A DNA stretch of 64,000 nucleotides from Lachnospiraceae bacterium UBA7027 (GCA_002494135.1 DLBG01000035.1:10036-74035), one strand, 5' to 3'. Shown: positions 10,023-19,791, counted from the first letter of the stretch. The notes: generated by a model from the letters alone, not told the origin. Program-made: numbers and translations.

Positions 10023-11308
10023 TTGGGATCCTCCAGGAATTCATAAATTCCGCTTGCTTCAAATTTATAAGTATGAATCATCGGATTACTTGTTCTTTTT
10101 AAGGAACCGACTACCTTACTGCTTTTAACGGTTAAGTCTTCTTCAAACTTGTATAACGGATTTAAAATGATTTTTCCGTTCTCCATTCCGACCACTTCGG
10201 TAACTTCGAGTGTCTTTCTGGACTTGTCTCTCATTCTTCCCAGGTGAACGATGATGTCCACGGCTGATGCAATCTGCTGACGGATGGCTTCCAGGGGAAG
10301 TCCCTCGGCACCCTGCAGTACCATGGTTTCCAGACGGCTTAACATATCCTGTGCGGAGTTGGCATGGCCGGTGGAAATACTTCCGTCATGACCGGTGTTC
10401 ATTGCCTGCAGCATGTCCAGCGCCTCCGCACCACGGACTTCGCCGACAACAATTCGCTCGGGTCTCATACGAAGCGAACTCTTAATCAGGTCTCTCATGG
10501 AGATGCCGCCGACACCGGTGGAGTTTGCATTTCTGGTCTCGAGTCTTACAAGGTTCGGTACATTACGGATCTGCAACTCGGCCGAGTCCTCGATGGTAAT
10601 AACACGTTCATCGGACGGAATATAGTTCGATAACGCATTTAAGAACGTTGTTTTACCGGAACCGGTACCGCCGCTGATAAAGATGTTGTACTTTGCACGA
10701 ACCAGTTTTTCCAGAAACTCCGCAACTTCCGGCGTAATGGAACCGTAGTTGATCAGTTTCTGAATCGTCATACCTTCTTCCGGGAAACGACGAATGGTAA
10801 CGATGGGGCCGTTTAATGCAATCGGGTCGAGTACGACGTTAACACGGGAGCCGTCCGCAAGACGGGTATCCACGATTGGGTTCGATTCGTTAACGGAACG
10901 TCCCATGTCCTGTACGAATTTTACAATGATGTTGCGAAGTCTCTCCTGACTTTCGAATTTGTCGGGAAGCTTCGTTAACTTACCGTCACGCTCCACGAAA
11001 ATACTGTCATATCCGTTGATCATGACTTCGGTGATGGACTTGTCTGCAATAATCTGGCCTAAAATACCGAGGCCGCGAATGGATTCAAATACGGCACTGG
11101 AAAGCTGGTTGCGAACCTTGAAAGAAATGGATGTGTAATATGCCGCCACTTCCGGTTCGGATACTCTTGCCTGCTGCATTCTGACTTCGAGCATCTGCGC
11201 GATACGGTCTCTTAAGTCATCATCCGACATTTCGGAATATGCGGGATCGCTGAAAACCAGGTCTCTGATTTTACCGGTTTCTTCTGTGAAAAATTCTCGT
11301 TCTGCCAT
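10019..11308 (-). CDS. tadA: TadA/CpaF pilus assembly ATPase
   Basis: GGTGSGKTT Walker A, ITIEDSAEL, LRMRPERIVVGEVRG, MNTGHDGS. Confidence 0.97.
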   Translation of the reverse strand: MAEREFFTEETGKIRDLVFSDPAYSEMSDDDLRDRIAQMLEVRMQQARVSEPEVAAYYTSISFKVRNQLSSAVFESIRGLGILGQIIADKSITEVMINGYDSIFVERDGKLTKLPDKFESQERLRNIIVKFVQDMGRSVNESNPIVDTRLADGSRVNVVLDPIALNGPIVTIRRFPEEGMTIQKLINYGSITPEVAEFLEKLVRAKYNIFISGGTGSGKTTFLNALSNYIPSDERVITIEDSAELQIRNVPNLVRLETRNANSTGVGGISMRDLIKSSLRMRPERIVVGEVRGAEALDMLQAMNTGHDGSISTGHANSAQDMLSRLETMVLQGAEGLPLEAIRQQIASAVDIIVHLGRMRDKSRKTLEVTEVVGMENGKIILNPLYKFEEDLTVKSSKVVGSLKRTSNPMIHTYKFEASGIYEFLEDPK

Positions 11309-11319
11309 CGCTTCCTCCC

Positions 11320-12363
11320 TTACTTAACCAGCTGAAGCGCAAAATTCATAACCGACTGATTTGCAAGCCACTCGATGAATCCTGCGGATTCGGGGTTCTG
11401 GCTGGCATTGATCATTCCGATTACGGGAATCTCGCTGTTTACGCCGCTGCCGCTTCCCATATGGAAGTTCACAACACGAACCATCTTGTCGATGCAGGAA
11501 TTCACGATGTGAGCCTGCGCCAAAAACAGTTCGAGTTTGCCGTTGGCAATTGTGGTATTGCGTTCTACCAAAACAATGGATTCCACGAGGTCAAAGATTC
11601 TCAGTTCGTCCGCCTTCATGGAGGAACCCATATCCACTACGATGACATCAAAAAGTTTGGTGTTCTCGATGATTTCGATAATTTTAGATCTCTCTTCTCC
11701 GGTCAGTTCATAGATGTCGTTCGGGGAATCAAAATGCTTTAAGTAGAATAAGTTTTCCCCTTTCTGCTGCAGAAGACCCTGGATTTTAATGGAGTAATCC
11801 ACGTTGGAATACATGGCCGCCGCAATTTCGGACATTCCCTTGTCATTATTGGAAGGAAGCACACAGCCGTCCGAAGGAGCATCCTCGAAGCTTAAGAAGA
11901 AGGTCTTCTTTCCTTCGGCAGCAAGTTTTAAAGCCGTTGCGAGTGCAAGGGTGGTCTTTCCGGAACCGCCCACGGGAGAATAGAAAGCGATTGCCTGTGT
12001 CTTGTTTCCGCCGATTACAACGCCCTTATTCTTTGCGTACTCGGAGTATTCATACATGATCTGCTGATACATGTTTCCGATTCTCTGATATTTATTTACT
12101 TTCTTGAAGCTGATAAGAGATTCCGGCACTTCCTCCTCCGCATCATAAAGCATGATGGCCAGAGTTTCCTTGCTTAAAGTAACCTGTCCTTCGTAGATGG
12201 AGCTTCCGAAAAGCAAAATGTCAATCTTCTTCGAACGCAGTGCATTCTCCAGCGCCGCCTTGTCCGAATAGATGGAAATAGCAAGGTCCTTGTATTCCGC
12301 AAGTACCATTTCCAGTCTCTGTAAATACTCCATGTTCGTATCCGCAAGTACAATTCTGATCAT
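11320..12363 (-). CDS. TadZ/CpaE-like protein (receiver-like domain + MinD/ParA P-loop)
   Basis: MIRIVLAD N-terminus; YSPVGGSGKTT; directly upstream of tadA. Confidence 0.85.
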   Translation of the reverse strand: MIRIVLADTNMEYLQRLEMVLAEYKDLAISIYSDKAALENALRSKKIDILLFGSSIYEGQVTLSKETLAIMLYDAEEEVPESLISFKKVNKYQRIGNMYQQIMYEYSEYAKNKGVVIGGNKTQAIAFYSPVGGSGKTTLALATALKLAAEGKKTFFLSFEDAPSDGCVLPSNNDKGMSEIAAAMYSNVDYSIKIQGLLQQKGENLFYLKHFDSPNDIYELTGEERSKIIEIIENTKLFDVIVVDMGSSMKADELRIFDLVESIVLVERNTTIANGKLELFLAQAHIVNSCIDKMVRVVNFHMGSGSGVNSEIPVIGMINASQNPESAGFIEWLANQSVMNFALQLVK

Positions 12364-12400
12364 AGTCTCTCCCCGCCTTCACTATAATGTTTACTGTTGC

Positions 12401-12541
12401 CTATTGATTGTCGTAAGATTCGTATATCTTTCGAATCATTTTCTTTTTGCTGCTTTTAAAAACAATCGTTGCCACAATCTCGCCAATCACCGATAAAGAA
12501 GCAACGGCGATTCCGATATAAAAAATCATCTGTCCGGTCAT
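12401..12541 (-). CDS. 46-aa single-TM small protein
   Basis: Below ORF-track cutoff; AAGGAG RBS 7 nt before ATG; MTGQMIFYIGIAVASLSVIGEIVATIVFKSSKKKMIRKIYESYDNQ; fills the kinase-tadZ gap. Confidence 0.7.
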   Translation of the reverse strand: MTGQMIFYIGIAVASLSVIGEIVATIVFKSSKKKMIRKIYESYDNQ

Positions 12542-12553
12542 TTCATCACTCCT

Positions 12554-14860
12554 TTATAACCAGTGGGTATCTTTCAAAACCTGCAAATCATCCCTTAAAA
12601 GGTCCATCTCGGGATCCTGCTTGTCTCCTGCCTGTTCTTTAAACAGCCGTTCCGCTTCTTCATAAAACTCTTTGAATTTGGAGAAGTCGCGTTCTTTTTC
12701 ACTTTTGGCTTTCTGGACTTCCAGTTCCAGGAAAGCTTTCCTCTTATAGACGTTGTAATTGTCCTGATAGCGTTCTTCCATCAGACCGATATACTTTGCG
12801 GCATCGTCATACCTTCCGGTATTGGTACAAAGAATTACAATGTTGTTGTAGGTGCTGTAGGAAGCCCATCCGCTTTCAATCATTTCGGCAAGCGAACCGA
12901 TTGCGCCTTCCGAATACTTCTCTTCCTCGGTCAGACTGTAGGCCTGAATATAGGTCTCCGCAAGCAGTCCCATCAGATAACCCTTGTATTCGATCCCGAC
13001 ATCGGAAAGACCGCTGTTTAAAAATTCAATTCCCTTATCAAGATCTTCCTGCCCGCCGCCTGCCGTAAGAGCTTTGCCGCAGGTGATGTAAGCACACATT
13101 TTACGGTAATCGTCGTCGGTTAAACGGATACAGTCACGTAAGTATTTCTCCGCTTCGTCGTAATTGCCTTTGGCAAATTCGATTTCTCCGCGGGTCAGAT
13201 AAAGATGTGCATCGGCAATGCCGTATTCCTCTGCCTTTGCGGCCGCATCGGCCGCTCCGGAAAGATCGCCCGTTTTTGCAAGAGCGATTGCATAATCGCC
13301 GTTGATATCGGGATTCTTGGTATCGTATTTCAGGGCATTTCTAAAATCATCCGCTGCTTCTTTGTATTCATCCAGCGCATAATGCGCGTTCCCGCTTACG
13401 TAATAAAGTCCGGCTACCCTCTCGGTTTCATACACCGATGAATTCTGCAAAGCCTCATCCACGTATGCCACGGTATCCTCATATGCTTTGCGTTTGTAAA
13501 GGAAGAATGCTTTCTGTTCGTAAGCATCGATTGCGTCCGGTTTCAGTCCGACGGCATTCTGATAAATCTCCTCGAAGCCTTCCTCGCTGCCTGCCGGATC
13601 ATATGACGCCATCTGCTCGATGTAAGAGGCATAGAGCGCTTCCTTCTCTTCCTGCTTTTTCTGAAGGCCTAAAGAAATGAGGCCTGCTCCGGCAACGATA
13701 CCGAAAAGAAGAACAATCCGGACGATGCTCTGGCGGATCACCATGCTGCGGTATGCTTTCTCTTTCTGGTGAATGCTGTTTAAAGCTTTCAGCATTTCAC
13801 CCGCGGAAACGAACCGGTTGCGAGGATTCTCCTGCAGGGCTTTGTTTAAGATGTATAAATACCCTTCACTTGTGCCTGCTTTTAATACCTTCTTATCCGC
13901 TTTGTCCAGTCTTGTTCCGGTATACAGATGAAACAGGGTTGCGCCGATACTGTATACATCGGAACGTTTGTCGATCGGGATTTTCGGAAGTTCGGAAAAA
14001 TCGTTTGTCCCGCCGTGAACCTCGCCTTTAAGAGATGAGGGCTGTCCTGCCGGAGTGCCTGTGCCCAAAACTTCGGTGGCATCCGAATCATAGGAGGATG
14101 CGCTTCCTATAACTTCCGTGGCATCCGAATCGGTGACCGCGCTGCCTAAAACTTCCGTGGCATCCGGGTCTGCAGAATTACCTCCTAGAACCTCGGTCTC
14201 GTCGGAGACACCGGCCGAAAGCACTTCCGTTTCGTCCGAACCCGGATTGCCCGAGCCGGTCTGCACGTTTGCAGCCGTCGCAGCCGTTCCTCTTTTTTTC
14301 TTTAATTCCTCTACGATTCTGTAGAAGGCTTCTTCCTGTTCGGGAGCGCTGTATCCCTTCGTGAAGCCTGTGGTATATGCGGTACTTCCTTCGGAAATAC
14401 CGGAGATGTTAAAGTCAATCAGGCAGATATCATCATCCGGTTTCAGCATGATGTTGTCCGGTTTGATATCGCCGTGGATTACGGGAATGTCGCGGGAATG
14501 CAGGTATTCAACTGCCTCGCAAAGCTGCTTGCCGTATTTGATTACCTGACTTTCCTTGAATTTTACACCCCTGTCAAGAAGCGACTGAAAGGATTCTCCC
14601 TCGATATAGTCCATGACGGTATAACTTACCCCGTCAATGGTAAAATAATCCAATACTGCGGGAATGTAGGAATGACGAAGATTCTTTAATACATCTACTT
14701 CGTTTCTGCGTTCCTCTTCCCTTACGGAATCATGAATTTGTTTAATGACTACCTCTTTTTGAAGACGCTTGTGAAGCGCCTTGTAGACCGTTCCGCCACC
14801 GCCTTTGCCGATGGTTTTCTGAATCTCGTATATGTCAAGAGGCGAGTTGTTTTCTGCCAT
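12554..14860 (-). CDS. Hanks-type Ser/Thr kinase, single TM, C-terminal TPR domain
   Basis: IGKGGGGTVY, VVIK, HGDIKPDN, DFN, SAPE, SDVYSIG; TM IVLLFGIVAGAGLISL; TPR repeats after the TM. Confidence 0.95.
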   Translation of the reverse strand: MAENNSPLDIYEIQKTIGKGGGGTVYKALHKRLQKEVVIKQIHDSVREEERRNEVDVLKNLRHSYIPAVLDYFTIDGVSYTVMDYIEGESFQSLLDRGVKFKESQVIKYGKQLCEAVEYLHSRDIPVIHGDIKPDNIMLKPDDDICLIDFNISGISEGSTAYTTGFTKGYSAPEQEEAFYRIVEELKKKRGTAATAANVQTGSGNPGSDETEVLSAGVSDETEVLGGNSADPDATEVLGSAVTDSDATEVIGSASSYDSDATEVLGTGTPAGQPSSLKGEVHGGTNDFSELPKIPIDKRSDVYSIGATLFHLYTGTRLDKADKKVLKAGTSEGYLYILNKALQENPRNRFVSAGEMLKALNSIHQKEKAYRSMVIRQSIVRIVLLFGIVAGAGLISLGLQKKQEEKEALYASYIEQMASYDPAGSEEGFEEIYQNAVGLKPDAIDAYEQKAFFLYKRKAYEDTVAYVDEALQNSSVYETERVAGLYYVSGNAHYALDEYKEAADDFRNALKYDTKNPDINGDYAIALAKTGDLSGAADAAAKAEEYGIADAHLYLTRGEIEFAKGNYDEAEKYLRDCIRLTDDDYRKMCAYITCGKALTAGGGQEDLDKGIEFLNSGLSDVGIEYKGYLMGLLAETYIQAYSLTEEEKYSEGAIGSLAEMIESGWASYSTYNNIVILCTNTGRYDDAAKYIGLMEERYQDNYNVYKRKAFLELEVQKAKSEKERDFSKFKEFYEEAERLFKEQAGDKQDPEMDLLRDDLQVLKDTHWL
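14067..14239 (-). repeat. Five imperfect D-[EA]-T-E-V-[LI] coding repeats inside the kinase domain
   Basis: SDETEVL, SDETEVL, PDATEVL, SDATEVI, SDATEVL; DNA core aacttc(c/g)gtggcatcc recurs. Confidence 0.9.
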
Positions 14861-14887
14861 GCATCATTCTCCGGTCAGTCAGTATTT

Positions 14888-16156
14888 TTAGTAAGAAACA
14901 AAATAATCGTTTTCCGTGCATCCGGAAATATGAATCCGGTCGTTAAGATTGTATCCGCTCGGCAAATCAAAGGACCAGTTTAACGTGTCTCCTTCAATAT
15001 AAGGGCTTAACGTGCAAAGCCAGTTTCCGTTTACGGTAAGATACGACTGGAACTTCGAGTTCGCAGGATCAACCGTGGTATCGTACGGATCATCTGTTGC
15101 GTATGCCGGCGCAAGTCTGTATACACATGTGTACTCAAGGACTCCGTCCGAAAAGCTGACGGTTGCCAGCTGTACCGCATCCGGTCTATCGCTTATCCAG
15201 CCGCCCCGGTTTTTGAACTCGTTTATCTGTTCAATCAGATATTGCATATTAACCGTTAAGGCAACATGATTTCCGTCTACTTTATATGAAACCCGATGTC
15301 TTTCAACCTCTACGGAACCGTAGTAACTGTCTCCTGCAGGCTGCTGCTCCACGGGTTCAGACTTCTTTTCTTCCTGTTTCGGCTTCTCCTGTTTCGGCTG
15401 TTCCTGCTTCGGTTTCTCTTCCTTCGGCTTTTCTTCTTTCGGCTTCTCTTCCTCAGGCTCTGTCGGCTTTACTTCTTCCTTCGGCTTGTTCTTCTCTTCC
15501 TCGGCCTTCTTTCGGGCTTCTTCTTCAGCCTTTAATCTGGCCTCCTCTTCTTCCGCAAGCTGCTTAATCAGTCGGTTGATGCGGTCAATTTCGGTAGTAA
15601 ACTTGTCGCGATGCTTCTTAATCTTTGTGGAGTTTGTACGTTTAACGCCTTCCTCCATCTTGTCTTTTCCGGTATTCAGATATTCCAGTGTTTTGTCATA
15701 ATCCGGCACTGCTTCGGCCTTCGCCGCCAGCGCGAAATAAATATCGCCGATTTTTAAATATGCTTCCTCGTTGTTCGGGTCCATCTCAAGAACCTTCTCA
15801 TATGCAAGAAGAGCATTTTCATAATCCAGTTCCGTCAGATATTTATCGCCTGCCTTGAGCTGGTTTTTGATATCGTTCGCCGCTTTAAAACGCATAAAAG
15901 CAAAAATGCCTACGATTGCGAGCACTGCAACAGCTACCGCAATTCCTGCGATAATGGGAACTTTGGCTTTCTTTTTTACAACCTGCTGCTCCCCCTCCGT
16001 TTTCGTGGCTTTCTGTTCTTTCTTGGGCTCCTCTTTTACGGGCTGTTCGGGAACTTTGGCAGCCTCCGGCATCTTCGGCGCCTGTTTCGTCTGAGGTTTC
16101 TGGGGAGTATTCGCCTGCTGCGTCGTATTCGGTTTTTGATTCTCGTTTTCTGCCAT
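14888..16156 (-). CDS. TM-TPR-coiled-coil protein with novel C-terminal domain (paralog A)
   Basis: TM; GDKYLTELDYENALLAYEKVLEMDPNNEEAYL; EK-rich stalk; PKEEK/PKQE repeats. Confidence 0.85.
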   Translation of the reverse strand: MAENENQKPNTTQQANTPQKPQTKQAPKMPEAAKVPEQPVKEEPKKEQKATKTEGEQQVVKKKAKVPIIAGIAVAVAVLAIVGIFAFMRFKAANDIKNQLKAGDKYLTELDYENALLAYEKVLEMDPNNEEAYLKIGDIYFALAAKAEAVPDYDKTLEYLNTGKDKMEEGVKRTNSTKIKKHRDKFTTEIDRINRLIKQLAEEEEARLKAEEEARKKAEEEKNKPKEEVKPTEPEEEKPKEEKPKEEKPKQEQPKQEKPKQEEKKSEPVEQQPAGDSYYGSVEVERHRVSYKVDGNHVALTVNMQYLIEQINEFKNRGGWISDRPDAVQLATVSFSDGVLEYTCVYRLAPAYATDDPYDTTVDPANSKFQSYLTVNGNWLCTLSPYIEGDTLNWSFDLPSGYNLNDRIHISGCTENDYFVSY

Positions 16157-16179
16157 TTTTATATCTCCGTATCATAAAG

Positions 16180-16222
16180 CAAAAAAACCCAGCGAGATAA
16201 ATATATTCCCGTTGAGTTTTTT
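16180..16222 (-). terminator. Imperfect intrinsic terminator in the leader of paralog A
   Basis: Minus strand AAAAAACTCAACGGGA..TCTCGCTGGG TTTTTTT. Confidence 0.5.
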
Positions 16223-16277
16223 AAAACAGTTTTATCTTCATAATGCACCCTTTTACACTTATTTTTCCCCAAGTATT

Positions 16278-16307
16278 ATTTTAGCAAAACAATCCTGATT
16301 TTGTCAA
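16278..16307 (-). promoter_or_regulatory. SigA-type promoter
   Basis: TTGACA-N18-TAAAAT with extended TG. Confidence 0.7.
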
Positions 16308-16367
16308 TGAAACAGGAACGTTTCACGCCCGATTCCGGGGAATTTTGGTGCATTTTTATAGGTTGAC

Positions 16368-16775
16368 TCAGTCGGTCGATAGCTCGTAGATGTAAAATCC
16401 CAGAACCACCAGACTCAGTGCGTACAATCCGTAACCCAGATAGGACGGAACATAACGGGCTGCCTGATAAGGGCCACCCATGTTTTTGACGATTCCCGCG
16501 CAGTACACGAGAATGGGTGCAAGGATTTTTAAAAGATCCAAAGCAAGTCCCAGGCCGCGCAGAAGCTTATGCTTCGGGATGAGGATTAACAGAATCTCCA
16601 CCGCCGTCAGGGCCACGAAAAATTTAGGCAGATAACTCATGGTCCCGCCTCCTGCCAGGTCGAAACTTTCCGTTCCGACCACGGCAATCTGTCTTAAGCA
16701 GGGGCCAAATGAAATACCTGCCTGTATAATCAAAAGAATAATAAATATGATTTTCCCCTTTAAACCCTCTTTCAA
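16368..16775 (-). CDS. Small multi-TM hypothetical protein
   Basis: 135 aa, about four hydrophobic segments; TTG start uncertain. Confidence 0.6.
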   Translation of the reverse strand: MKEGLKGKIIFIILLIIQAGISFGPCLRQIAVVGTESFDLAGGGTMSYLPKFFVALTAVEILLILIPKHKLLRGLGLALDLLKILAPILVYCAGIVKNMGGPYQAARYVPSYLGYGLYALSLVVLGFYIYELSTD

Positions 16776-16826
16776 GAAATGTACCTTTCTATGAAAAAAA
16801 CTTTCTTATCGTAACGCCGTTCATCA

Positions 16827-17924
16827 TTAGGGAGGTGAGCCTGCACCTTCATCTCCGCCAGGAGTATCTCCGCTTGGAGTATCTCCGCCAGGAGTATCTC
16901 CGCTTGGAGTATCTCCACTTGGAGTATCTCCGCTTGGAGTATCTCCACTTGGGGTATCTCCACTTGGGGTATCTCCACTTGGAGTATCTCCGCTTGGAGT
17001 TTCTCCGCTTGGAGTATCTCCGCTTGGAGTTTCTCCGCCCGGATTATTGTTTCCGCCCGGATTATTGTTTCCTCCCGGATTATTGTTTCCTCCCGGATTA
17101 TTGTTTCCGCCCGGATTATTGTTTCCTCCCGGATTATTGTTTCCGCCGCCGCTCGGCTGCTGGCCTTGCTCAGGGGTCTTCTCGGTAGTCTTCTCAGTGG
17201 TTTTCTCGGACTTCTTTTCCTCTTCTTTCTTCTTGGCTTCTTCTTCCTTCTTCTTTGCCTCTTCTTCCTTCTTCTTCTTTTCTTCGTCTTTCTTCTTCTT
17301 TTCTTCCTGTTTCTGCTTTCTTTCCTCTTCCTTCTGTTCCCACTCCTGTCTTACTTTTTCTTCTTCCTCGAGCTTCTTCTTTTCCTCTTCTTCTTTTAAC
17401 CTTTGTTCTTCAAGCTCTTCTTCGTCAGGTTCGGGTTCTCTTCCGAGGAGTTCGTTATCACGATTGGTAATTTCAATCATTTTATCCAGACGTTCACGGA
17501 TTGTCTTGGACTGAATCAGTTCCAGACCGTCACGCATTCTGGCCTTGCCTTTGGTAAGGCAGTCAATTGCGCCTTCCAAGTCTTCGGCGGCCTCGAGGCT
17601 TTCCCCCTTAGCAATATAAGCATCGCCGAGAGCAACATAGGCCTCTTCGCTCTTTCTTTTTATGGCAATGGCTTCTTCACAGGCATTGATTGCGTAATCA
17701 TAATCCTGCTCTGCCATACTCTTCGATGCGGTTTCGAGTTTCTTCTTTACATCCGAATTTGCTTTCAGAACTCGGAACGTAATAAAACCGGCAAGTCCCA
17801 GAACGACTGCTGCGACCGCGATGATTACGATAATTACCGTTTTCTTGGATCCGGATTCGGCAACCATGATTTTCGGTGCCTTGGAACCGAAATCATTGTG
17901 TTTGTTATTTTCAAACATGTTCAT
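16827..17924 (-). CDS. TM-TPR-coiled-coil protein ending in tandem repeats (paralog B)
   Basis: Start moved to MNMFENN (AGGGG RBS); QDYDYAINACEEAI...EEAYVALGDAY; EK stalk; (GGNNNP)6 then (TPSGD)12. Confidence 0.85.
   Translation of the reverse strand: MNMFENNKHNDFGSKAPKIMVAESGSKKTVIIVIIAVAAVVLGLAGFITFRVLKANSDVKKKLETASKSMAEQDYDYAINACEEAIAIKRKSEEAYVALGDAYIAKGESLEAAEDLEGAIDCLTKGKARMRDGLELIQSKTIRERLDKMIEITNRDNELLGREPEPDEEELEEQRLKEEEEKKKLEEEEKVRQEWEQKEEERKQKQEEKKKKDEEKKKKEEEAKKKEEEAKKKEEEKKSEKTTEKTTEKTPEQGQQPSGGGNNNPGGNNNPGGNNNPGGNNNPGGNNNPGGNNNPGGETPSGDTPSGETPSGDTPSGDTPSGDTPSGDTPSGDTPSGDTPSGDTPGGDTPSGDTPGGDEGAGSPP
16851..17030. repeat. 15-bp coding tandem repeat x12 (TP[SG]G[DE])
   Basis: Unit atctccgcttggagt with minor variants. 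Confidence 0.97.
17040..17147. repeat. 18-bp coding tandem repeat x6 (GGNNNP)
   Basis: Unit cggattattgtttcc(g/t)cc. Confidence 0.97.
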
Positions 17925-18016
17925 AGAAATAACCCCTGATTCTGATATCTGTTGATTACTGTGCCCTAGACGCGGTGCCGACAGAATGCGGCACCACAAT
18001 TAATGATTATACAACA

Positions 18017-19744
18017 TTATTCCCAGGAAGCAAAGCCTTCCTGCATTTCCGCATTATATATTCCCGTAAATGGCAGTTCTTTCTCGTCCTTTAATGTCAT
18101 CGGCATTCTCACCCAGTCCACGAACGCCGCCGGCAGTTCGTCTACCGGTGCGCCTTTTAAGTAGATATAGAAGGTTTTGCCGCCCTCAAGACCGTATAAC
18201 TCCGATGTGACAAATCTCGTTATATATCCGTCGAGTGTTTCAAATGTTTCCTTTCCGAATTCTTCGTCGTCGTATTTGAGTTCTTCGAGGGTGACGCGGT
18301 AAGTGTACTCATTGATTTTAACCGCCTTGCTGAATCTTCCCTTGCAGCTTGAAACATACACCGTTGCATCATAGCCGGGGCCGCTCTCACCCATGTTTGA
18401 ATCATGATAATCCGCTTCGAACGTTCCGTCCGGATTGATTACAAGTGATGTTCCCCATCCGCCGGCGCCGCTGGAGAAATAAAATTCATCCGGAATTTGC
18501 GAGAATATTGCATAGTCCCCTTCATCGGAAGGTTTGAGCTTATAGTTGGTTGCCAACCAGTCGTTAAGGAAAGCAATGGCTTCCTCACAGGTCATGCTGA
18601 TATCGGTTTTACCCGCAAATATTTCATCGTTCGTATAGTAATCGGATGTATACATATCACTGCGGAAAACAATCAGGTTACTGCTTTGTATCAGTCCCTG
18701 CGTGGCATCATTATATTCCCCTTCCGAAATCTGGCTTTCTCCTTTCCAGCAGGTGATAATATCCCGGTAATCCCCTTCATAATTAGGCTCTGATTCCCAT
18801 TTATAGATAATCTTTCTTTCCAGACTGCTGCCGTCCGCGGACGGATCAAATTCCAGAAATTCCTTTGTCCACCACTCATCACCGTATTCGCAGATTCCGT
18901 AAAGTCCGGCTTCGGTATCTTTTTTAAACAGATAATAATGGGACGATCCGGCAGCCGGTTCCCCAAAGCCCATAGGCTCAATTATATCCGTCAGTTTTCC
19001 GTCCCGTAGTGCTGCGAAATGAAGCGTGTAATACTCATAATTGTAGCCATTCCCATAGAAAACACTTTGCTTGGCATAAACCATCTCGGGGATTTTATCC
19101 CCGTCCAGATCACAGAAAGAAATGTTTTTCGCCGGTTCCCTGTCTATTCCGAATTGGGTGTACGAAAAATTGAGTTCCTGCTTATATGCAATCAGATAAT
19201 CATAGCATTCTTTATAAAATACCTGCTCGCGGACGGATACCTCCAGTTCTTCCTTCCTGTTTTCAAGCCGTTCGCACTCCTGCCGGATGTTTCCGGAACC
19301 GGTCTTATCCTCGCCTTCTCTTAATACGTCGACTGCTTTCTCCAAATATTCCAGTGCCTGTTCGGGATCGTCCTGTGATTCGGAGTTTCCTGCCATTGTA
19401 TCATATACGCCGGCAAGACCTAAGTATCCTTCTTCCGCCTTCGGATTCATTTCAATTGCCGTCCGGTAGGCAAGGATTGCATTGTCGTAATCCATGTCCG
19501 TCAGATACTTTTCCCCGACGTCCAGCTGTTTTTTCAGTCTCATTTTCGGTGCGGTTACGGAAACAACGGCAACGATAATTACCGCCGCGAAAATCGCCAC
19601 AATCAGTGCCACTATGGCGCCGATTATTACCGGAATCAGCCACTTTTTCTTCTTTTTGACAACTTCTGTATATTCTGCGGATGTATTTCCCGCCACTTCT
19701 GTCGTCTGCGTCGCGGAATTCTTTGTATTCTCGTTTCCGTCCAT
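18017..19744 (-). CDS. TM-TPR protein with large extracellular beta-rich domains (paralog C)
   Basis: GEKYLTDMDYDNAILAYRTAIEMNPKAEEGYL; DLDGDKIPEM Ca-binding-like loop; FSSGAGGWGTSLVINPDGTF domain. Confidence 0.85.
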   Translation of the reverse strand: MDGNENTKNSATQTTEVAGNTSAEYTEVVKKKKKWLIPVIIGAIVALIVAIFAAVIIVAVVSVTAPKMRLKKQLDVGEKYLTDMDYDNAILAYRTAIEMNPKAEEGYLGLAGVYDTMAGNSESQDDPEQALEYLEKAVDVLREGEDKTGSGNIRQECERLENRKEELEVSVREQVFYKECYDYLIAYKQELNFSYTQFGIDREPAKNISFCDLDGDKIPEMVYAKQSVFYGNGYNYEYYTLHFAALRDGKLTDIIEPMGFGEPAAGSSHYYLFKKDTEAGLYGICEYGDEWWTKEFLEFDPSADGSSLERKIIYKWESEPNYEGDYRDIITCWKGESQISEGEYNDATQGLIQSSNLIVFRSDMYTSDYYTNDEIFAGKTDISMTCEEAIAFLNDWLATNYKLKPSDEGDYAIFSQIPDEFYFSSGAGGWGTSLVINPDGTFEADYHDSNMGESGPGYDATVYVSSCKGRFSKAVKINEYTYRVTLEELKYDDEEFGKETFETLDGYITRFVTSELYGLEGGKTFYIYLKGAPVDELPAAFVDWVRMPMTLKDEKELPFTGIYNAEMQEGFASWE

Positions 19745-19791
19745 AACCGTAAATCTCCTTTTATCGTATCGGGCATCCTTGTCGCCCCGTC

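Noticed and set aside
7912-12363. Tad locus lacking a secretin (RcpA)
   Set aside because: Expected for a monoderm
16851-17147. Regular repeat array as a possible CRISPR
   Set aside because: Units abut with no unique spacers, have lengths that are multiples of 3, and lie in frame within a CDS; no cas genes
16772-17514. Repetitive ORFs (EILQA, LEYLR, FPPGLL)
   Set aside because: Alternative-frame or antisense readings of the minisatellites
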